This document shows, piece by piece, positions 48,473 through 62,985 of a DNA stretch of 64,000 bases; within the stretch, counting starts at the first letter, position 1; every line of letters starts with the position of its first letter. The notes beneath the pieces were generated by a model. It saw only the letters and a list, made by a program, of their open reading frames with translations. It ran no database searches and was not told the origin of the DNA. A program made the position numbers and the translations under genes. Source of the DNA: Chiloscyllium plagiosum (taxonomy: Eukaryota); the NCBI RefSeq assembly GCF_004010195.1, contig NC_057752.1, forward strand, positions 4,896,879 through 4,960,878, written 5' to 3'.

Positions 48473-51400
48473 TTCAGGCAAATACAGTGTTGCATGTTTT
48501 CAAAATGAATACCAGAGTAAGGATGTGTAATACAAGTGTACAGGACCTTTTAGTAAGACCATATCAGGAGTATTTGTGCAGTGTTGATCTCTTTGCCTAA
48601 GGAAAAGATGAACTCCTATAAAAGGAATGCAGTTCACCAGGCTGATTCCTGGGATTGGTTTTATTTTTCATTTTTGTGGGATGTGGGTGTTACTGGCTGA
48701 AGCTAAGATGACTGACCTCCAACAACCATGACTATCTTCCTATTCCTGCAGAAGGGCTTATGCCCAAATCGTCGATTCTCCTGTTCCTTGGATGCTGCCT
48801 GACCTGCTGCGCTTTTCCAGCAACACATTTTCAGCTCTATCTTCCTATTTGCCCAGTGTGATTCCAACCAGTGGAGAGTTTGCCCCCAATATCAGTTGAT
48901 TCCAGTTTTGTTAGGGCTCCTTGATACCATACTCAGTCAAATGTGGCCTTGATGTCCAGGGTTAACACTCTTTCACCTCCCCTCTGGAATTCCATACTTT
49001 TGTCCTGCTTAAACCAAGGCTGTAATGAGGTCAGGAGAAGACATCGATTTGGTCCCGTGTTTGAGATTCAAAGAATGACTGGGGTATCTGATTGAAACCT
49101 AAATTTTTCTAACCAGACCAGACATAACGATGTTATCCTGTGACCCATGGCCAGAGTAGGAGAAATTTCTTAATTCAGAAAGTGGTGAACATGTGGAGTT
49201 CTCTACCATTTGTTTCTAACGAGCTTTCTAAAGGATAAAGCCATAAAGGGTTATGGGGTGACTGGGATTATTGCATGGAGATAGAAGATCAGCTGTGATA
49301 ATGTTGAATGATGAGTAAGTTGGATACTCTGAATGGTTGACAACTCCTATTTTCCATGCAATTGTCAATGTATAATTTAAATTATTGACTGGATTGAGTT
49401 GTACTGCCAGTGCACAAGCATAGGGGGCACCACTACCCATTCTGAAAATGGGTATGTACTTCCACTATCCTGCTTCTACCAACATTCATGTAGTTTAAAA
49501 ATTTTACTATTCGTCCTTTTGTGGAAACCAATCAGGTGCATTTTTAACATGTACATGTCTTGATTTTGTATTCTAAAGCAATGATTAAACTTTTAAAAGG
49601 AAGAACTACTGGTTAAATCATCCATTGAGATGTAAGAAAACATCCTTCAGGAAAAAGATAGTTTGTGCCAATTGTTGAGTCAAACTCAGCACAGACTATT
49701 TGGCTTCTCATACTGGCGATGTTGATCCAACTTCTCTGCTGACTTCCCTTATCCTTTATCTCTTCTCTCAAAATGTTTTACCTGCTTTGGTTACAATTGG
49801 CAAGCTATTAACTGAAATGTTTTTGGGTTTTTGTTTTGATTTAACACTAGAATTTAATATGTACAGGAAAGTCTTTTGCAAATATTGTTTAAATACAGAA
49901 ATGTATTCAGATGCCAGGTATGCCATTAGCCAGCAATTAAGCTTTTAATTGCATTTTGACAATTAGGGTAGTTGAGGCCCAATAAGGAAATAGTGTGATA
50001 TTCTCAGGATTCAAAATAAGATCCTTGCTTTGTAAAGGGAAGTGAGCAATTTTCTTACTTTTAGGTCAATCTCAGTATCTTTTGAAAATACCTACTTCCT
50101 CTTAATAGATAGCAAACAGGGAAATGGTGCTGCCTTCAGTTTTAGACTACAAGACATAGGAACAGAATTAGGCTATTCAGCTCTGCCATGGCTTTTTCTC
50201 AAACTCATTTTTCTGCCTTCTTCCAGCAACCCTTGATCCCCTTACCAATCAAGAACATTTTGTTCTAATGATCCAGATGCTGGATGTCATACTTAAGTTT
50301 GATGTATTGCTGTTGGTCCTCACGTCTCTATGCTGAATTTCACAATTCCCAGATAGCACAACATTTAAATCAACAGAAAATGCAAATCCACAATTGCGCC
50401 CTCAGTGCTGTATTTGATGAGAACATGGATGTGGGATAGGGCTACAACATAGTTCTGAGAAACAGTGCTGAGTGCAACTACCCATGAAAAATCAGGACTG
50501 CTGAATTTCTCTTAAAAGATTCCAGTGCATACACTGGAAAATTTTAAGTTGGCGATTTAAGAACATTGTTAATGCATTACATGGTGTAAACATTTCTTGT
50601 TCCTTTGTGCTGAATTTTGACTTTGTAATGATGCAATTTTTTAAAAGATTCCAGTGACTCACGGTATCTTGCAAACGTCCATTCATAGTACAATGAGCCT
50701 TAGCTCATTATTGCTAGGCAATTTTGTCCTACAAGATGTCTCAGCCAAGCTTGATCCGTGCCTCACTCGGACCAAGGGGGTGGGGGGTCCACTGGATAGT
50801 GATGAGCAGCATCAATCATTGCTAATTATGTCCACTGTGGCTGAGGTCTGGTGTAATATATCAATTGCTAACTCGTTTGATGTTTGCTAACATGGCAAAG
50901 AGTCAGAGGTTTACAGCATAGAAACTGACCCTTTGGCCCAACTTGACCATGCTGCTTAGTTTTTGCAATTAATCAGGTCCCATTTGCCTGCATTTGGTCC
51001 ACATCTATCTCATCCATGTACCTGTCCAAAGATCGCCAATAGTTTTTGCGTAACAAACTAAAGCTTTATGAAAATTGTAGCTCCATTAGAGGATTGGATC
51101 CAAGTAAGCAACAGTTCTTTGTTGTAAAATCTGGGCCTCCATTAGTTTCCCCGAGCATTTCAAGGGAAATCAGCAAGCAACCCATAATTTGAAATAAATA
51201 TTCACTCAGGATAAGGAAAAGAACAAATAAGGAAACATTAATACACAGCAACTAAACTAATTCACATGTGGTTAATACATTGAGCTGTCACTTAGTTTTT
51301 TTTGTTTTCATTTAGGTTTCAGTTCCCGCTCCATTGCAATTATCTCAAGTCTGGAGATGGTGAATCATACTGGGGTCATACTGTCCTCCAAGCTCAGCAT

Positions 51401-52169
51401 TCCCTCCACATCCAATTGTAGAATGGTAGTAGACAATTAAACAGCTCACCAAAACAGAAGGAATCTCCACAAATATCCTCATCCTCAATGTTTGGAGAGT
51501 CCAGTGCAAAAGATAAAGCTGAAGCATTTCCAACCATCTTTAACCAGAAGTGCTAATTGGATGTTCCATCCCAACCTACTTCATCCTAGATAGTGATGGC
51601 TCTGACAACATCCCAACTGTCGTTCCACTATAGTTACAATACTGCCATCTATCGGTCTATGTGGTAAATTGCTCTATGTAGTAAATTTCCCAAAGGACTT
51701 ATGCCCGAAACGTCGATTCTCCTGCCATTTGGATGCTGCCTGACCTGCTGTGCTTTTCCAGCACCACAGTCATGACTTTGATCTCCAGCATCTGCAGTCC
51801 TCACTTTTTCCTAATTGTTCTGGTATGTCTTCTCCACAAAAATTACAATTTGGTCAAATACCACTCCATCAATCTACTCTCAATTATCAGCAAAGTGGTG
51901 GAAAGTGTCAACAACAGGGCTATGAAGAGGCGTTTACTCAGCAACAGCTTGCTAATAATCAGGGTTCTATTAGGGCCATTTGGGTTTTGACCTTATTCTA
52001 TACAACCTAAGTCTAAACATCTCTATTAGCTAAATTCCAAAGGGTGACGTGAGTGGACTGCCCTTATCAAGGCAGATATGTGACTTCAATGACCCTGAAA
52101 AAAATTAAAGTCAATGGCATTAAAGGGAAATCTCCTTATTTGTTGGAGTCATACCTAGCACAAAGGGAG

Positions 52170-54137
52170 ATGGGTGAGATATTTGGAATGGATGGGGCAA
52201 AATTGGTTGAGAGAGATTTACCAGATACACCCAGATAGTAAAGGAAGGTTTGGTGGTCATATTTGGAGCCAGGAAGTTCCACCAATACCTTTATGGATGT
52301 AAATTTGAAATAATAATGGACCACAAACCCCTGCTAAGTCTAATTAGAGGTCAAGGCTGTGTCACCCATAGCTTCAGGCCAAATTCAGCAGTGGGCTCTA
52401 ATACTAAGTCTGTACAATTACAACTTGGAGCACTATCTGGGAGGCCAAGTAGCGAATGCAGATGCATTGAGCAGGCTCCCACTGGCAGATACATCACTAG
52501 TGACATCATCATTGGAAGTTTCTGTAATGGTTTTAAATTTTCTGGACACACTTCTAGTCACAGCTGACAATATCAGACTTTGGACACAGAAAGATCCCAT
52601 CCTGGCAAAACTGAAATAGCTGGTGGGGACGGGGGAAACCAAAGGGTCATCACAGCCAGAATTAAGGAATTAAGGGCTATGGGGAGAATGCTGGTAAGTG
52701 GAGCTGAAATGCGCATCAGCCATGATTGAATGGCGGAGTGGACTGGATGGGCCGAATGGCCTTACTTCCACTCCTATGTCTTATGGTCTTAATTGAAACC
52801 ATTTTGGATGCAGAGAGACCAGATCACAGTAGAGAATGCCATATTATTATGGGGAGCAAGAGTGATTGTCCTGAGCATGAAACAGCATCAGGAATGTCAG
52901 TGCTGGATGCCAGACTCTGCCAAGCAAGAGAGACAGTTTACATCAGGGAACGAAGTTTGGTGTAGGAACTATGGGAATGGACCTGCACGGGTAAGAGGCA
53001 TGGTCAACATGAGGCCAAATCCAGTGACATGGAAAGTTCATGTCGTTGTGACAGTCCTGAACAAGTGCATGGATCATATGAAAGGCACGAATTCATAAAC
53101 AGTGCGGGATCAAAATGTGCCCTGCCCCTCGGAACAGTTGGAAAGGCTGGCAGAATTCGTGAGTTCTCCATCTCTGTCAAGCGTTGAAGAGACCTCAGAA
53201 TCTGAGATGGACACAGTGGATCTCACCACATCAACGTCTTTGCTGCCAAAAGAAGAGAGTGAATTTCTCCCGAGATGCTCTGGGCACAACAGGCGAGCTA
53301 CAGTGTGTTACATGCCACCCTTGTCTGAGGGAGAGTTGGACAAACAAGATAAAGAACTGGCCTACATCCTCAGACAGAGAGGAGGTAATGAATTCTCCCG
53401 AGATGCTCTGGGCACAACAGGCGAGCTACAGTGTGTTACATGCCACCCTTGTCTGAGGGAGAGTTGGACAAACCTGACCCAGTGCTAAAACATTCCAGGA
53501 GGCGCTACAAGATAAAGAACTGGCCTACATCCTCAGACAGAGAGGAGGTAATGAAAAAAAGGGAAAAAAAAGAAAAAAATAATAAATAGGAGTGTCAGAT
53601 GTCCTGTTCACTCTGAGAGCTGGCTCTTATGAAGAAAAAAATAAACAGGAGAGTAACTGGAAGGTGTGTCAGGGCGGACCAAGAGCCAGAAGGGACCTAG
53701 GGGCGGGCTGCCTTAGAGTGGCCGGAAGGTGGGAGAGACGGGTGGCTTGTGAGGTTGCTGGGGGACTGTATTTTATGCACTGTTTTTTCTGTAATTAGAA
53801 GTCTTATGTACATGTCATTGTTACTGTTTTGTGACTGAAACTGGGATTTGAGGTTTGTCCTCATTTCCCTGAAAACTGGTTGAATGGTAGGGTTTGGGGC
53901 TTGGCTTTGCTACTCCTTTCCCCTGTAAAATTGCTGTTTCTCTGTATACAGCTGTTAATGTTAATTGTTTTTTTTTGTAAACTGTGTATTGTTTAATAAA
54001 ATAAAAAATAACAGAAAAAAAACAGGAGGGTCAGAGGTTCTGTTTACTCTGAGAGCTGAATCATTGTCAAGATCTCTCTACGTGTAAATCAAGGGTGACT
54101 TGGTCATGGGATACCAGCTTCTGTGGAGTTATTTCAC
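52170..54137 (+). mobile_element. Degenerate Gypsy/Ty3 LTR retrotransposon remnant (RNase H, integrase C-terminal part, 3' LTR remnant) with nested fragments
   Basis: FGARKFHQYLYGCKFEIIMDHKPLL and QQWALILSLYNYNLEH...ANADALSRLP are Gypsy RNase H motifs. Confidence 0.75.
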
Positions 54138-54894
54138 ATATGTAGAAAATCTGTGCAAGAATTTCCATCCATTAAATAAACTCTTTCCATGCCATTCTTA
54201 TTTTTGCGTTCTCACAAGGGATTTAAAGTCCCCAATTATTCAGAGCATAAAATAAACAGGCAATGTTTCAAATGCAATTGTTCCCTTTTTACATCTCAAC
54301 ACGCAAATAACCTCACCAATTTATTGAGCAAGGACAAAGAATATAACATTATTCTCAAATTGTTACATTTTAAGAATTACATCAACACAGTGAACTGAAG
54401 ACCTGATAGCTATTCATTCAGTAATTCGATACATAAATGATTAAACTAAACAGTTTCTTACATAAACTTTTTAAGTGGACCATCTGTCTGTTAAAGGCTG
54501 CTTAAGATATTTTGCTACATATTATGTTATTTTCCTAGGTAGCACTGTAACTTTATTTACTTACATAAACAAGGGTTTTCCAAATTGACACAATGCACAA
54601 AGTATATAATTTATACTCTATTTCATATTTTTAATCCAATTTTGTTAATGTAAATAGTACATTACAAAAATAGTAGTTACATTCATATTCACCTGTAACC
54701 AGTCTTCTTCCAGGTTTAATACGACACTCAAATGACTTCATGTAACTTTCAGACAAGTTACATGACCCTATAATTTTAAATCTGTTATTTGTATCTTTGT
54801 AGCATTTCCAAAGAGTTGGCGAAACTGTTCACATCACCTAGGTGACGTTGCTTCCCCCATCCTCTAGCTCAGGTTCTGTTGTCTTCAGTTTAAA

Positions 54895-56310
54895 AGAGTT
54901 ATACAGCACAGAAACATCCATGTTGACCAGGTTTCCAAAACTGAACTCGTCCCATTTATCTCCATATCCCTCTAAACATTTCTTATCCATGTGCCTGTCC
55001 AAACATCTTTTACATGAGTGGACAAAAAACATGGCAGGTGAAGTATAATGTGGATAAATATGAGGATATCCACTTTGGTAGCAAAATAGGGAAGATGGAT
55101 TATTATCTGAATAGCGATAGATTATGAAAAGGAGGATGTGCAATGAGTGACCTTGTACACCAGTCACTGAAAGTAATCATTGCAGGTGTAGCAGGTGGTG
55201 AAGAAGGCAGATGGTATGTTGGAATTCATGATGAAAGGATTCAAGTACAGGAGCAGGGATGTCTTGCTGCAATTGTACAGGGCCTTGGTGAGATCACACC
55301 TGGAGTATTGTGTGCAGTTTTTGTCTCCTCATCTGAGGAAGGATGTTCTGGCAATGGAGGGAGTGCAACAAAGGTTTACCAGACTGATTCCTGGGATGGC
55401 AGGGCTGACGTATGAAGAAACACTGAATCGGTTAGGATTATATTCACTGGAGTTTAGAAGAATGAAGGGGGGATCTCATAGAAACCTGTAAAATTTGAAC
55501 AGGACTAGACAGGAAGGATATTCCCGGTGACCAGAGTCCAGAACAAGGGGTCATATTGTAAGGATACGGGGTAGGCCATTCTGGATTGAGACGAGGAGAA
55601 ATGTCTTCACCCAGAGAGTGGGGAGCCTGTGGAATTCTCTGTCACAGAAAGTAGTCAAGGCCAAAACATTGCATGTTTTTGAGAAGGAGTTAGATATAGT
55701 TCTTAGGGCTAAAGGGAATAAAGGGTATGGGGAGAAAGGGAGAATATGGGACTGAGTTGGATGACCAGCCATGATTTTGTTGAATGGCAGAGCAGGCTTG
55801 AAGGACTGGGGTGGCACAGTAGCTCGGTGGTTAGCACTGATGCCTCACAGCGCCAGGGACCCCGGGTTCCTGGGATGGCAGGACTGATGCATATAGAAAG
55901 ACTGGATCACTATAGTCACAGCAGTTTACAAGAGTGAGAGGAGAATCTCACAGAAACCTATAAAAATCCAATGGGACTCAACAGTGTAAAGGCTAGACAG
56001 GCAGGATGTTCCTGATGACCGGGGGTCATGGTCTAAGAATATGAGATAGGCCATTCAAGACTGAGGGGAGGAGAAATGTCTTCAGCCAGAGAGTGGGGAG
56101 CCTGTGGAATTCTCTGTCATAGAAAGTGGTTGAGATGAAAACATTGAATACCTTCAAGAAGGATTTAGATATAATTCTTAGGGCTAAAGGGATCAAAGAG
56201 TATGGGGAGAAAGTAGGAACAGGAGACTGAGTTGGATGATCAGCCATGATCTTATTGAATGGTAGAGCAGGCTCGAAGGGCTGAATAGTCTACTTCTATT
56301 TTCTATGTTT
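54895..56310 (+). mobile_element. Cluster of CR1 LINE 3' fragments with a SINE head at about 55808-55870
   Basis: [18 protein letters not shown]...QQRFTRLIPGM; two tandem 3' ends. Confidence 0.8.
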
Positions 56311-57029
56311 CTGTGCTTTTACCATGCCAGAAAGCTCCAAACTCACATAATATTTTTGTTTGTCTGCATGCATTCTAAGAATTCAACACAATAAGTGATC
56401 CCTACATTGTCTTTGCTGTCTAGTAGGCACAGTGAAATGTGTCAGATATCTTTGGTGAATGCTCCATTACGATGTTACTTCAGCTGCCCAGTGAATTATA
56501 TTGTACATCTCTCATGAGTAAGTGGTTTGAATTGATCCCAGTGGTGCTCTGCTCTTTGGGTCATAAAGTGTACTCACAGTGCATCTTTTGTACCATTTCA
56601 TCTCTTCACATATTTATTGACATATTTCTTTTGGCTTGCTCAAATTAATCAGATAGCGGGATCTCCCTGATATCATACACGGTCATAGATCTTCTTTGGA
56701 GCTTCCAAGTGAAGAAATGATGGCACTGCTAACTGAATCGCCTTTAGATGTAGAAAATCTCAATCCCACTGATTTATAAGTCTCAATACTTGTGACTTCT
56801 CACTGTCACAACGTATTTTCACAATTTGACAACAGTGGTACCAATTATTACCATGATTTCCTACCCAGAATTGATCAAACAACTTGACACGTTCCGCAAG
56901 AGACATTACTCTCACACAGTTTGCTTCCTGTTAACTAGACCGAATTTTTACTCAACCTCTTCGACACACCATATGTTCACCCTGTTGATACTGGTCTCTC
57001 TTCTCCTGTCGGGTATGTGTGGACTAGCC

Positions 57030-57425
57030 ACTACCATACATCAAGAACATCTCTGAACTGACAGCCAGACTACTGTGACCACTAGGACTTATACAACACT
57101 ACCATTACAGGGCAAGCGACACAAAGAACAGCCAGGGAATTCCTAGAGGCATGGCACTCATCCACAAACTCCATCAACAAACACATCGACCGGGACCCAA
57201 TATACTGGCCACTACAGTGGACAACTGAAACTGACAACCGGAAGCGGCAGGGACAGGCCACTATAAATGCCGGAGGAAACACCACAGAAGCGCTTCACAG
57301 GAGGCTTCCAAGCACCGAGGATGTCACCTAGACAGGGGACGAAACGTTTGCAACAAAAACTTCCAGCTCGGCGAACAGAACCACAGCAACGAGCACCCGA
57401 GCTACAAATCTTCTCTCAAACTTTG
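57030..57425 (+). mobile_element. Penelope-like element 3' end (another family) with hammerhead-like motif
   Basis: GQA.QRTAREFLEAWHS..NSINKHID GIY-YIG end; gca-CcGAGGA-tGTCACC-tagaca-GGGGAC-GAAAC-GTT-tgc. Confidence 0.75.
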
Positions 57426-58257
57426 AGTATGGTCAGATCTTTTTATACTGTAATAACCTCCCACAGTACCTCTCAACAACCCCAACCCCACCTCACCCAC
57501 AACCTCTACCACCCAGAAGTTCAAAGGCATTAAAATAGAAACACCACCTTGAGGTGGTGTTCCTCCAGGTCACACATTATTCTGCCTTGCACATATGCTG
57601 ATGTTCCTTCATTGTCACTGGGGTCAAAATCCTAAAACCCCATCATAGAGTCATACAGCATGGAAACGGACCCTTTGGTCCAACCAGTCCATGCTGAACA
57701 TAATCCCAAACTAGTCCCACCTGCCTGTATCCTTCCAAACCTTTCCTCTTCATGTACTTATCCAAATATCTTTTAGCTGTTGTAATTGTACCCACATCCA
57801 CCACTGGAGCACAACCATGATAAGATCATTGGATCATACAAATAGTAGGTCACTCAGCCTGCTCCAACATTCAATCAGATCATGACAGGGCTATTGTAGT
57901 ACAGTGGTAGTGTCCCTACCTCGGTGCCAGGAAGCCTGCATTCAAGTCCTGCTTGCTCCAGAATTGTGTTATAATATCTCTGAACACATTGATTAGATAA
58001 TTTCCTTAAGATCATGGTTGATGTGATTGTGGCCTTAACTCCACCTTCCTGCCTGTCCCCATAACCCATGGCTCTCTTGTCAATCAAAAACCTGTCCGTC
58101 TCAACCATGAACATATTGAGTAACCCAGTCTCCACTGCTTTCTGTGGAAGAGAATTCCAAACACTAATGACACTGAGAGAAGAACTCCTTTTCATCTCTA
58201 TCTGCAGTGGGACCCTCCATACATTTAAACTCTATCCCTTAGTTCTAGATTCCCTCT

Positions 58258-58352
58258 GAACTGAAAATGTGTTGCTGGAAAAGCGCAGCAGGTCAGGCAG
58301 CATCCAGGGAACAGGAGAATTGACATTTCGGGCATAAGCCCTTCTTCAGGAA
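58258..58352 (-). mobile_element. Penelope-like tail with near-intact hammerhead motif, inserted in a CR1 fragment
   Basis: Reverse strand CTGAAGA-aGGGC-ttat-GCCC-GAAAt-GTC (58349 to 58322). Confidence 0.75.
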
Positions 58353-60559
58353 GATTCCCTCATCAGGGAAACATCCTCTCAAGCCTTTCAAGCCCTTGCA
58401 ATCTGATATGTTTCAATGAGATCACTTCTCATTCTTCTAAACTTTAGTAAGTATATGCTAAACCTGCTGAACCTTTGCTTATAAGACAACTTGTTCATCC
58501 CCAGAATCAGTTTAGTGAACCTTCTTTGAACTGTTACCAATACAAGTACTGTATTTCTGTTCTTAAAACTGTGTTCACAGGATGTGGGTATCACTAGCTG
58601 GGCCAGCATTTATTACCCATCCCTAACTGCCCAGAGAGCAGTTAAGAGTCAACCCCGTTGCTGTGGGTCTGGAGTCACATGTAGGCCAGACCAGGTAAGG
58701 ATGGCAGTTTCCTTCCCTAAAGGACATTAGTGAACCAGATGGGCTTTTACGACAATTGGCAATGGTTACATGGTTGCCATTAGGCTAGCTTTTTATTTTT
58801 CTTCATTGAATTCAAATTAAAATTTCACCATCTGCCAGGGTGGGATTCAACCCCATGTCCCCAGAACACGAACACATGGTTCTGGATTTTGAGACCAGGA
58901 CGATACCACAGTCTCCTCTTAAAGTAAGGAGGCCAAAGTGCACACAAGTGCTGTCTTACCAACGTCCTGTCCGGTTGTAGCAAGACTTTCCTATTTGTAT
59001 ATTCCACCCCAGTAAAGGTCAACACTCCATTTGTCTAACTCATAACTTGCTGTAACTGCATGGTGCCTTCATGTGTTTCATGTACAAAGACACCCAGGAC
59101 ACACCTTATTGCAAACTTCTGCAATATCTCTCCATTCAAATAATATGCTGCTTTTATGTCCTTCCTACCAAAGTCGACAACCTCACACTTCCTCACATTG
59201 TACTCCATCCGTTACTTCTTTTGTCCACTTGCTTAACCTGTTTATATCTTTTTGCAGACTCCTTTTGTAGTCTCTTCAAAACTTGGTTTCCGGCATATGT
59301 TTGTATGGGAAAAGTTTGGCTCTAATACACTCAGTACCTTCATCCAAGTCATTGATGTAGATTGTAAATAGTTGAAGCCCCAACACTGATCCCTGTGGCA
59401 GTCTAGTTACAGTTTGCCCATCTCAGGATGACTAAATTATCCCAATTCTCTATTAGTCAATCCTCTATCCATGCTAAAGTATTAACCACAACAGCAGAAG
59501 CTTTTATTTTCTGCAGTCATCTCTAATATAGATTGGAACAGCTTGAGGCGGGGGGTCCATCATGAGTTCTCAGAGTAATTAGGGATGGATAATAAAAGCT
59601 GCCTCACCAGTATCATTCATACCCCAAGATCAAATTAAAAAACAAAACATTCCCTTCACCATAGAGTCTACCTTTATTTGCATTTCTCCACAAGCCTCAG
59701 GGATGAGGTACAGAAACAACACAAATTGAAGTAATCTAGGATTATGTTCTTAGGCTGCACAGAATATTTTAATTCAATGTCAAAATACACTTATTTGGAT
59801 ATCCAAGAACACTTTGTGATCTAATAGCAAAGTCTGACAAAGCCAAAGTTAATTCCCTCTCTTTTAATGGATGGCTGTCCATGTCAGCCTCCTGCTACCA
59901 GAAATTAGAATCTGAGAGTCAGGTATTGTGTCTAGGTCCATCTCAAAGTGTTGTTGGTGAAGGGATTCTGATAACAATCCTTACCATTGACATATACGAA
60001 AAGTGTAGTGAGATGCTCTATCAGTAGAGAGAATACATGAGTGCTTCAGTTATTCAAGGTGAAAGGAGATCAGAATTTGCTTTGTCTGTGGTGTCCTTCA
60101 CCCACTATCATGGGCAAAATAACCTGCTGACACTCAGTGTCTAGATTAGGTGTTTACCACATGCCCACGCACTCATACGTGACTAGACTTCAGCAAAGGA
60201 GCTAATGTTAAACAACACTGCCATAACCAGCCTCTGTAGCAAATGCCCGAAATGGAGGAGCTGCAGCATTTCTTAACTATGAAAGAAATGGAATGAAAGG
60301 GACAAGAAAATAATTACTCGATGCATTACCAGCTTCTGTAGCAGAAAATGAAATAAATTTGCTCTAGCATTTAAGAAAGACAGCCTTGAATTTCTATGGC
60401 AATTTTCACCATTGTAAAAACTTGCCAAAACACTTCATAGTAAATGAGTTATTTTTGAAGTATGGTCACTGTTGTAATGCAGCAGCCAATGTGTGCACAG
60501 CAAGCTCCCACAAACAGCAATGTGATCAAGATTTGTTAGTTTGCTTTTGTGAGTATATT

Positions 60560-61290
60560 TGAATATAGAGTGTATTCAAAAAGAATGGGTCCCAATGAAC
60601 ACAGTCCGCCTATTTCTGAGCAACAAGCCCACACAAGCAGACAAAACGCATCCAGAAACCAGAGCCACTCTCCCCTACATCAAAGGCATCTCGGAAATGA
60701 CTGCCAGACTACTCAGACCCCTTGGCATCATGGTAGCCCACAACCCCACCAATACACTAAAACAGCAGCTAATGAACTTGAAAGACCCTATACAGACAAT
60801 AAGCATAACTAATGTCATTTACAAAATAATTTGCAAGAACTGTAATAAACACTACATTGGACAAACAGGCAGAAAACTAGTTACCAGGATACATGAACAT
60901 CAGTTAGCCACAAAACAACATGACCCTCTGTCACTAGGATCCTTACATACGGATGAGGAAGGACACCACTTCGACTAGGACAAGCCAAACAGAGACACGC
61001 ATGAGAATTCCGAGAAGCATGGCATTCCAACCAGAACTTGATCAACAAACACATTGACTTGGATCCCATTTACCAGCCCCTGAGAAAAAGAACAGGAAAT
61101 GACATCACCATAGGAAATGGTGTCATCACAGGAAATGACATCACTAACCCAAGGAAACGCAAACATATAAATAGAAAGCAGGCTACACCACCAGTGTTTC
61201 ATTCGGAGGCGCACTGAAGATGTTACCTAGAATGGTGATGAAACATCTGGAAATGAACCTTCCAGCTCAGTGAGCAAACCTACATCCAGG
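60560..61290 (+). mobile_element. Penelope-like element 3' part: GIY-YIG endonuclease plus hammerhead-bearing tail
   Basis: LPYIKGISE...NVIYKIICKNCNKHYIGQTGRKLVTRIHEH; gca-CTGAAGA-tGTTACC-tagaat-GGTGAT-GAAAC-ATC-tg at 61211-61249. Confidence 0.88.
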
Positions 61291-61839
61291 GCCTTTTTGG
61301 TTGGCTGGACAGATAGTGATCAGATTCATGTTCACAGCAAGGAGTTCAATCTGCATTCTGACAGCAATAGACCTGGGGGTCTGCCTTATTACCCTAATTG
61401 TAATTTTTAATAATCAAAGTGCTTAACTGTGATGGCTGAATGATTGCCAAGGACCTGCCTTTGGGTACAGAACTCAAGAAAACTAATTGATTTGTGTTTT
61501 TATTTTTGCCTTCAGCTCCCAAGGCCCAAAGCTCAGAAAGTCTCTCCTCTGAACTCCCTGCCTCTCTAAGACACTCCTTAGAGCTATGCCTTCCATTAAA
61601 CCTTTGGTCACCCGCACTAAAATTTCCCAACCACAATTTGTCTGATACTGCTCCTGTGAAGTGCAGCAGGACTGTTTACCACTTTAACTGTCATGGATAA
61701 ATACAACTTCTTGTTCACGATTTCTGAAGACAATTGTAGAACTGTTAGCTTCAAAACATGGTGAATGAGGGATTCAGCATAACACTAATTGCATACACAA
61801 ATTAATCACAGTATTGTTACATTGTCTAAAGAGGCCATT

Positions 61840-62985
61840 CAGTCATAGTGTCATACAGCACAGAAACAGACCCTACCGTCAACTAGTCCACGTCGATGTC
61901 CCCAAACTAAACTAGTCCCACCTGCCTGCACTTGGCCCATATCCCTCCAAACATTTCTTATTCGTGTACTTAACAAATAACTTTTAAATATTGTAATTGT
62001 ACCTGCATCCACCACTTTCTCGGGCAGTTCATTCCATATATGAACCACCCTCTTGTGTAAAAAGGTTGCCCCTCATGTTCTTTTCAAATCTTTTCTCCTC
62101 GCACTTTAAAAATATGCCCCCTAGTTTTGAACTCCCCCACCTCAGGGAAGAAAACCCTTTTCATTCACTTTATCTATGCCCCTCATGATCTTTTAAACCT
62201 CAAAAAGGTCACCCCTCAACTTCCTATGCTCCAGTTTATTTTTATATCTCAAAACCTCCATTCCCAGCAACATCCTGGTAAATCTCTTCTGAACCCTTTC
62301 CAGGTTAATAATATTCTTCCCATAAAAGGGTGACCAGAACTGCACACAGTTCTCCAGAAGAGGTCTCACCAACATCCTGTACAACCTCAATATGACGTCC
62401 CAACTCCTATACTCAAAGATCTGAACAATGAAGGCAAGCGTGCTAAACATCTTCTTCCCCACCCTGTCTACCTGTGATGTAAATTTCAAAGAATTATGTA
62501 CCTGAACCCCCTAGGTCTCTCTGTTCTACAAACACTACCCAGGGCCCAACCATTAATTGTATAAGTCCTGCCCTTGTTTGTATTACCAAATGCAATACCT
62601 CACATTTATCCAAATTAAACTCCACTTGCCACTCCTCAGCCCATTGACCCCAACTGATCAAGATCTCTTTGTAATCTTCGATAACCTTCACTGTCCACCA
62701 CACCACCAATTTTGGTGCCATCTGCAAACTTACTAACCATGCCTCCAATATTCTCATCCAAATCATTTATATAAATGATAAATAAAAATGAACCCAGTAC
62801 CCATCCCTGTGGAACACAACTGGTCACAGGCCTCCAGTCTGAAAAACAACCCTCCACCACCACCACCCTATTTCCTACCATTAAGCCAATTTTGTATCCA
62901 ATTGGCAAGCTCACCCTGAATTCCGTGTGATCGAGCTTTACTAATTAGTCTACTCTGTGGAACTTTGTCAAAGGCTGTACTAAAG
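61840..62985 (-). mobile_element. CR1 LINE 3' fragment (RT)
   Basis: TAFDKVPQ, VPQGWVLGSFLFIIYINDLD, KFADGTK, LLENCVQFWSP. Confidence 0.9.
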
